Origin: Phaeosaccion multiseriatum | Taxonomy: Eukaryota; Protista; Ochrophyta, other classes | NCBI GenBank assembly: GCA_965112735.1 | Contig: OZ218950.1 | Coordinates: 4,774,001 to 4,838,000, forward strand | Reading direction: 5' to 3' | Length of the DNA: 64,000 nucleotides | Shown: positions 57,401-64,000 of the stretch, one piece after another | How the letters are laid out: each line of letters begins with the position of its first letter | Numbering within the stretch: the first letter of the stretch is position 1 | Translations under genes and position numbers: made by a program | The notes under the pieces: generated by a model | What the model was told of the DNA's origin: nothing | Databases searched by the model: none | What the model saw: only the letters and a program-made list of their open reading frames with translations

Positions 57401-58881
57401 GAGGGAGGGAGGGAGGGAGGGAGGGAGGGAGGGAGGGAGGGAGGGAGGGAGGGAGGGAGGGAGGGAGGGAGGGAGGGAGGGAGGGAGGGAGGGAGGGAGG
57501 GAGGGAGGGAGGGAGGGAGGGAGGGAGGGAGGGAGGGAGGGAGGGAGGGAGGGAGGGAGGGAGGGAGGGAGGGAGGGAGGGAGGGAGGGAGGGGAGGGGA
57601 GGGAGGGAGGAAGGGAAGGGGAGGGGCAGAGACAGGCAGACACAGGTGTGAGCCACCCAGAGCCATTCAGTGTCATCCAAGGCCATCCAGAGCCATCCAG
57701 TGCCATTCAGTGCCATTCAGTGCCATCCCGGGCCATCCGGGGCCATTCAGTGCCACACCGTGTCCAGTCAGCAGTGCGTGACTGCGCACGCTGAAGGCCT
57801 TACTGCGCCCCCTACGCACGCACACACACACGCACACACACGCATGCACACACGCACGCACACAAGCACACACGCATACACACACGCAAACACCTCACTC
57901 ACACACACACACTCCCTCACTCACACACACACACAAACTCCCTCACCTGCGCTGAACTGGTCCCCGCCCGCGGCCACGCTTTCGTCTTCGTCAGTCCGCA
58001 GATTTCCGAAACGGTCACGGGGAACGATGGTAAAGCTCTGCTCCTCAGCCACCGTAGCTAGTGAACAAGGGGAGGAGAGGGGAGGGGGGTGGGCAGGGAA
58101 GAGGGGCAGGGCAGGGCAGGAGCAGGAGCAGGGACGTTGGTGCTCAGTATAGAGGGGGGTAGAGGGCCTCTTCCGTAACTGCCGAAACTGCCGCAACTGC
58201 CGTAACTGTGGTACAGCTGGCCTGACCGGGGGGCTGGGCTGGCGTGGTGAGTGAAAAGTGGTAGACTGACTGACTACCTGCCTGCCTGACTGACTGACTG
58301 ATTGACTCACTGACTCACTGGCTGCCTTACTGACTACCTGACTGACTGACTACGTGACTGACTGACTACGTGACTGACTGACTCACTGACTCACTGACTG
58401 ACTGACTGACTGACTGACTGACTCACTGACTGACTGACTGATTGACTGATTGACAGACTGCCAACGCAACCCGCTGCCTGTGTGCTGAGCGGTGCTGGGC
58501 TATGCCGGTCTGAGCTGTATCCCAAAGGGCTGTATCACTAACTGCTGTATCGCCATCTGCTGTGCTGTGTCCCCTGTGGTAGGGTGTGTGCATTACCTTT
58601 GGTCAGACCGGGTCCTCGTGCCTCACTCGACGGACCTGAGGTGAGGGCGGAGGACACCTGCCAGGACAGGCACAGCAGTTGGTGATACAGCACATCAGTT
58701 GGTGGTACAAGCAGACACGGGCACAGACAGACCAATCGGAGAGAGCAGAGAGGGAGAGAAGAGGTAAAAGAGGGAGAAGGAGAGACAGCAGATAGAGAGA
58801 GATAGAGAGGGAGGAAGAGAGACGGAAGATAGAGAGAGAGGGACAGAGAGAGAGACAGATAGAGAGAGGGAGAGAGACAGA

Positions 58882-58924
<43 letters not shown>

Positions 58925-59947
58925 GGGGTACCCACCTACCCACCCACCCACCCGCTCACCCATCCACCCACGCACCCACCCACGCACGCGCGCACCCACG
59001 CACGCACCTGCAAGGGCCAGGGGCTGTCAGCCACGGGCTCCGTCCAATACAGGGAAGTATGGGGAATGGTTTCCGCCCCGCCTCTTCCGTCAGGTTGCGT
59101 CCAAGACAGAGCCAGGCCAGCCGCCCCCAAGCGAGTTCGATACTCAACCTCGATGGAGTGGAGGTGGTGGGCGGTGAGGTTGGTCAAAGCGGTGCCAATG
59201 TTTCCTGTACTGCTGCCGCTGCCGGGGTGAGGGGTGCCTAGGAGGGAGGAGGGAGACGGGGGAGAGGGAGAGGCAGGAGGAGGAGGAGGAGGAGGAGGAG
59301 GAGGAGGAGGAGGAGGAGGAGGAGGAGGAGGAGGAGGAGGAGGAGGAGGAGGAGGAGGAGGAGGAGGAGGAGGAGGAGGAGGAGGAGGAGGAGGAGGAGG
59401 AGGAGAAGGAGGAGGTTGTAAATGGGGGGAGGATTGGGTGTGGTGGGGCGGGGTGAGGGGCTGGGCAGCTCTTGTTCTCTCTCACCAGCGACACCGCTCC
59501 ACTTGCCACAGTCGATGAAGAGAGTTCCGTCCAGCCACAGACGCGCACGGCCCCACTCGCCACTCAACGACAGCTGTGGTGGGGCGGGGTAAGGAGGGGA
59601 CGAGGGGGGAGGCAGGAGCAGCAACAGCAGTTGGTGGTACAGCAGTTGGGGATACAAGCCGTTGGATCACACGAAGCTCCTTATTCTCACAGCTCTTGGG
59701 CTCCTCATCTCCTTCTCCTGACGCCAAACGGTGCTATATGTTATACATCGGTACGTAATGTAACGGTATGTGGCGTAATGGTACGTACGTAATGGTACGT
59801 ACGTACCTGCAGCTCGTGCTCGCCCGAGTAGAGAGGGGAGAGCCTGCCCCGCCACCGCACACTTGAGTGGGACGCAGCCTGGGGGGGGCGTGGAGCAGGG
59901 GGGGGGGGGGGGAGAGGGGAGAGGCGATGGGGTGGGAGGCAGCCAGT

Positions 59948-59980
<33 letters not shown>

Positions 59981-60027
59981 TAAACACACTTATACACACT
60001 CTCTCTCACACATACTCTCTCTCACAC

Positions 60028-60058
<31 letters not shown>

Positions 60059-63000
60059 TAAACACACTTATACACACAAACACACACACACACACGCACA
60101 CACACACACACAAACCCACACACACAAATACTTATGCTTACGTTTGGAGTGAGCCTTCCGTGTGTCCACGTCATGTTGAGGCTTCGGTCGATTCGGGACA
60201 AGGATCGGGCCGAGGGGGAGAGAGACGCGTCGCTAAAGTACTCGGCAGCCAAGCCTGGGGGGAGAGAGGGAGAGAGAGCGAAGGTTCAACGCTGCACAAG
60301 CATATAGAGCATCGCTTAACACTGACCACTGACTTACTGACCACTGACCTACTGACTACTGACAGAACTACTGACACCTGGTTCCAAGCCGTGGCCACAC
60401 ATACCTCCTTGCCTTGCCAGCAGCACATGCACAGAGTGCCACCCGGCCTGCCTGACTCTGTAGCTTGCCGTGTAGTTGCCATCGCCGTGGTCAGACACAG
60501 AGCCTAGCGTTAGGGGCAAAGGGCTGTGTGGTCGGGCCCAGCGGTAAGGGGGGGGGGGATGGTGGGGGCATCACCGCAGGGTTAGCATGGAAGGGTAGAG
60601 GTGTATGGGTAGGGCCAGGGTAGAGGTGTATGGGCAGGGCAGGGTAGAGGTGTATGGGCAGGGCAGGGTAGAGGTGTATGGGCACGGCAGGGGTAAAGGT
60701 GTATGGGCAGGGCACGAAACAAAGACATTGGTGCGTAGATAAGAGCTACGGGGGTTACGGGGGTTGTACACGCACGGCACGGCACGCGGCGACACCACGA
60801 GGCGACCACAGAGACCAGACACACACAAACACAGCTACCTACACGAGGCGACCACAGAGACCAGACACACACAAACACAGCTACCTACCTCGGCAAGTGC
60901 AGGCTGTGGCTGAGGTCGCCTTCGACGAGAAGAAGCCACATGTCGCCCCCCGTCCGCTGCTCCACGCCTGCGGTGGTGAGGCTTCGTATGGAGACATTCA
61001 TGAGAGCACCGGCAGTGGCGGACACAAGGGCTTCTCCGTAGGCATATGAAGTCGCGTAGACTTCCACCGGAGAGGAGGAGGAGGAGGAGGAGGAGTTGGA
61101 GGAGGAGGAGGAGGAGGAGGAGGAGGAGGAGGAGGAGGAGGAGGAGGAGGAAGAGGAGGAGGAAGAGGACAAGACAGCGCCAGTCGTGGTAGCGTCGTCG
61201 TCCCTGATCCACACGCGAGTGATGCTCTGAGCAGAGAGATAGAGAGGAAGAGAGGAAGAGAGGCAGAGGGGCAGAGAGGGAGAGAGGCAGAGAGGAAGAG
61301 AGGCAGAGGGGCAGAGAGGGAGAGAGGCAGAGAGGAAGAGAGGCAGAGAGGCAGAGAGGAAGAGAGGCAGAGAGGCAGAGAGGAAGAGAGGCAGAGAGGC
61401 AGAGAGGCAGAGAGGCAGAGAGGCAGAGAGGCAGAGAGGAAGAGAGGCAGAGGGGCAGAGAGGCAGAGAGGCAGAGAGGAAGAGAGGCAGAGAGGAAGAG
61501 AGGCAGAGAGGAAGAGAGGCAGAGAGGAAGAGAGGCAGAGAGGCAGAGAGGCAGAGAGGAAGAGAGGCAGAGAGGAAGAGAGGCAGAGAGGCAGAGAGGA
61601 AGAGAGGCAGAGAGGAAGAGAGGCAGAGAGGAAGAGAGGCAGAGAGGCAGAGAGGCAGAGAGGAAGAGAGGCAGAGAGGCAGAGAGGAAGAGAGGCAGGG
61701 AGGCAGAGAGGCAGAGAGGCAGAGAGGCAGAGAGGAAGAGAGGGAGAGAGGCAGGGAGGCAGAGAGGCAGAGAGGGAGAGAGGCAGAGAGGCAGAGAGGA
61801 AGAGAGGCAGAGAGGCAGAGAGGAAGAGAGGCAGAGAGGCAGAGAGGAAGAGAGGCAGGGAGGCAGAGAGGAAGAGAGGCAGAGAGGCAGAGAGGCAGAG
61901 AGGAAGAGAGGCAGAGAGGCAGAGAGGCAGAGAGGCAGAGAGGCAGAGAGGAAGAGAGGCAGAGAGGCAGAGAGGCAGAGGGGCAGAGAGGGAGAGAGGC
62001 AGGGAGGCAGAGAGGCAGAGAGGCAGAGAGGCAGAGAGGCAGAGAGGAAGAGAGGCAGAGAGGCAGAGAGGAAGAGAGGCAGAGAGGCAGAGAGGAAGAG
62101 AGGCAGAGAGGCAGAGAGGAAGAGAGGCAGAGAGGCAGAGAGGCAGAGAGGCAGAGAGGCAGAGAGGAAGAGAGGCAGAGGGGCAGAGAGGCAGAGAGGC
62201 AGAGGGGCACAAAAGTGTGAGGGGCGTGCATGTTAGGGGCCCATACGCTTGCTGCGGCGAGTAGGCCGATGTGCTTGACCATAGATGGCACTTAAGGGTG
62301 TAATATAATATAGGCCCATGTGCCCATGTGCTTGTTACTGCGAGGGGGCTCCTTCCACTCCCGTATATGGGTGCGTGCGTGCGTGCGTGCGTGCGTGCGT
62401 GTGCGTGCATTCGCGAAGAACGTTATCTATTTGTGCAGTCAGAGCCATCCCTCCTCTGCCCCTTTCTCTGCCCCTCTCCCCCGTAGCAGTAGGCTGAGCT
62501 GTACTGTATCACCAACTGCTGCACTGTGAGCTGTACTGTATCACCAACTGCTGCACCGGCGCTACTCACCTGCGGGCCCAGCCTCGCGCCCCCCCTGGGG
62601 TCGAAGAGTTTGAGGTGGAAGGACTCATCGCCCTCCAGCAAAGAGTCGTCGTGGATGCCTTAAGAGGGGGGAGGGGATAACGGGAGTTAATGGGTATAAA
62701 CGGGTGTCAAATGGGTGTTAATGGATATTAGTGGGTGTTAACCGTTTGTTGACGGGGCGGGGGGGTTACAGGGGGTGAACGGCACCGAGGGAGGGAAGGA
62801 GGGAGGGGGTGGCAGGAGGTAGAAGGGAGAGAGGAGAGGGGAGAGGGGAGAGGGCAAAGCATTCGTGTCGGTACAATCTCTACGCGTCCTGACACTCTCT
62901 GTCCTGACACTCCCTCTCTCTGTCCTGACACTCTCTCTCTCTGTGCCCTGACACACTCTCTCTCTGTCCTGACACTCTCTCTCTGTCCTGGCACTCACTC

Positions 63001-63945
63001 TCTCTCTGTCCCAACACTTGCTCCATCTCTGTACCCACCTATGAGAAAGGAGAGCGACACCACACCCTCCTCCATGGTCAGGAGCTGACTGTCCTCGCCA
63101 GGCGAGTGCACGCTCACGTCACTAGGCGATGTGGTGATATGCTCGAGACCGTAGGCGATGGAGATAGATCCGTAACCGCCGCCGGTTCGCTCCACTGTCA
63201 CTCGCAGCTGTGTGAGAGATGTGGGGGGGTGGTAAGCGGATAGGGGGGTGGGCGGGGTACCCTCAAGGAGAACCAGGCCAACAATCCACACTACGTAAGA
63301 TGTACGTAAGTTGCCCCCCCTCCCCCTCCCTCCCTCCCTCCCTCCCTCCTTCCTTCCCTTCCCTAACTCTCACTCTCACTCCTCCCCACTACTCACTGTT
63401 CCGTTTCCGTCCGTTGCCATCCCTTCGAACGCTTCGTACTCGGGGGCGCTCCAGGTGACGGTGCCGGCATGACCGCACACTCGATGGCTCACAGAGAGCG
63501 ACGACTCGCATGACCACTCGGCGCTGCTGCTGCTGGACAAGCCCTGGCCAAGTACGTGTGTGTGTTGGGGGGGGGGGGGGTGTATGTGTGTGTGTTTTGG
63601 GGGGTGGAGTTGTGGTGTGGTGTGGGAGAGGGGAGAGGACAGGAGGGGAGAAGTGAGGAGAGAGGGGAGAAGACAGGAGAGGAGGGGGGGCTCCGACCCT
63701 CTCCTCCACGCAAGGGGCTATCAAAAGGCGCACGTACCACCCTCTGACCTCCTCGCCTCTCTTCTCTCTTCCCCCCACCCTCTCCCCCTCTCTCCCTCGT
63801 CCTACCCCACCTGATGGCAGCTCACGGCCGACTCATTGAGTGGTGCAGAGAGGTTGGCGACAACAAAGAAGGGCTCCCCGTCGTCGAAGTAGGAGGGGTC
63901 TTGCGAGCCGAAGGGTAGGCTGTGCTGCAGTTGGCGACTCACTGG
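48148..63945 (-). CDS. Very large multi-exon protein with Calx-beta, multiple filamin/ABP280-type Ig repeats and several PA14 domains (5' end outside the window)
   Basis: Calx-beta: [11 protein letters not shown]...[27 protein letters not shown]. Filamin-like: [45 protein letters not shown]14: [11 protein letters not shown]...[44 protein letters not shown]. Ends [10 protein letters not shown] (TAG at 48148-48150). Confidence 0.85.
54522..54755. repeat. (GGA)n tract; sense (TCC)n before an acceptor
   Basis: Directly visible. Confidence 0.95.
57190..57625. repeat. (GGGA)n tract; sense (TCCC)n before an acceptor
   Basis: Directly visible. Confidence 0.95.
61230..62208. repeat. 8-bp (AGAGAGGC/AGAGAGGA)n array, ~1 kb; pyrimidine-rich on the sense strand before an acceptor
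   Basis: Directly visible. Confidence 0.95.
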
Positions 63946-64000
63946 ATGGCCAACGGGTCATGCATGATCGGGGGGGAGAGGGTTGGTCGATTTAACAACA

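Overview
Eukaryotic nuclear DNA from a flagellated protist; stramenopile/ochrophyte-like is my inference from gene content and style. Intergenic gaps are short and introns are filled with microsatellites, so most long ORFs in the track are repeat artefacts and genes were reconstructed by hand across GT-AG/GC-AG junctions (internal exon borders are approximate). Genes in order: 3' end of an unknown gene; a membrane-anchored divergent kinase; an IQ-like coiled-coil protein; a RanBP2-zinc-finger protein; a decayed PPR gene interrupted by a ~2.9-kb hairpin-rich element with a broken gag-like ORF; a small tail-anchored protein; TAF8; CFAP251 head-to-head with RSPH9; a transmembrane RING-H2 ligase; a CDPK; a D-lactate dehydrogenase with an N-terminal CRP/FNR-like sensor domain; and the 3' part of a very large Calx-beta/filamin/PA14 protein. 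Best leads: the sensor-D-LDH fusion, a window-wide intron polarity (G-rich repeats after donors, often complementary C-rich repeats before acceptors) that could pair intron ends, and the fold-back element.
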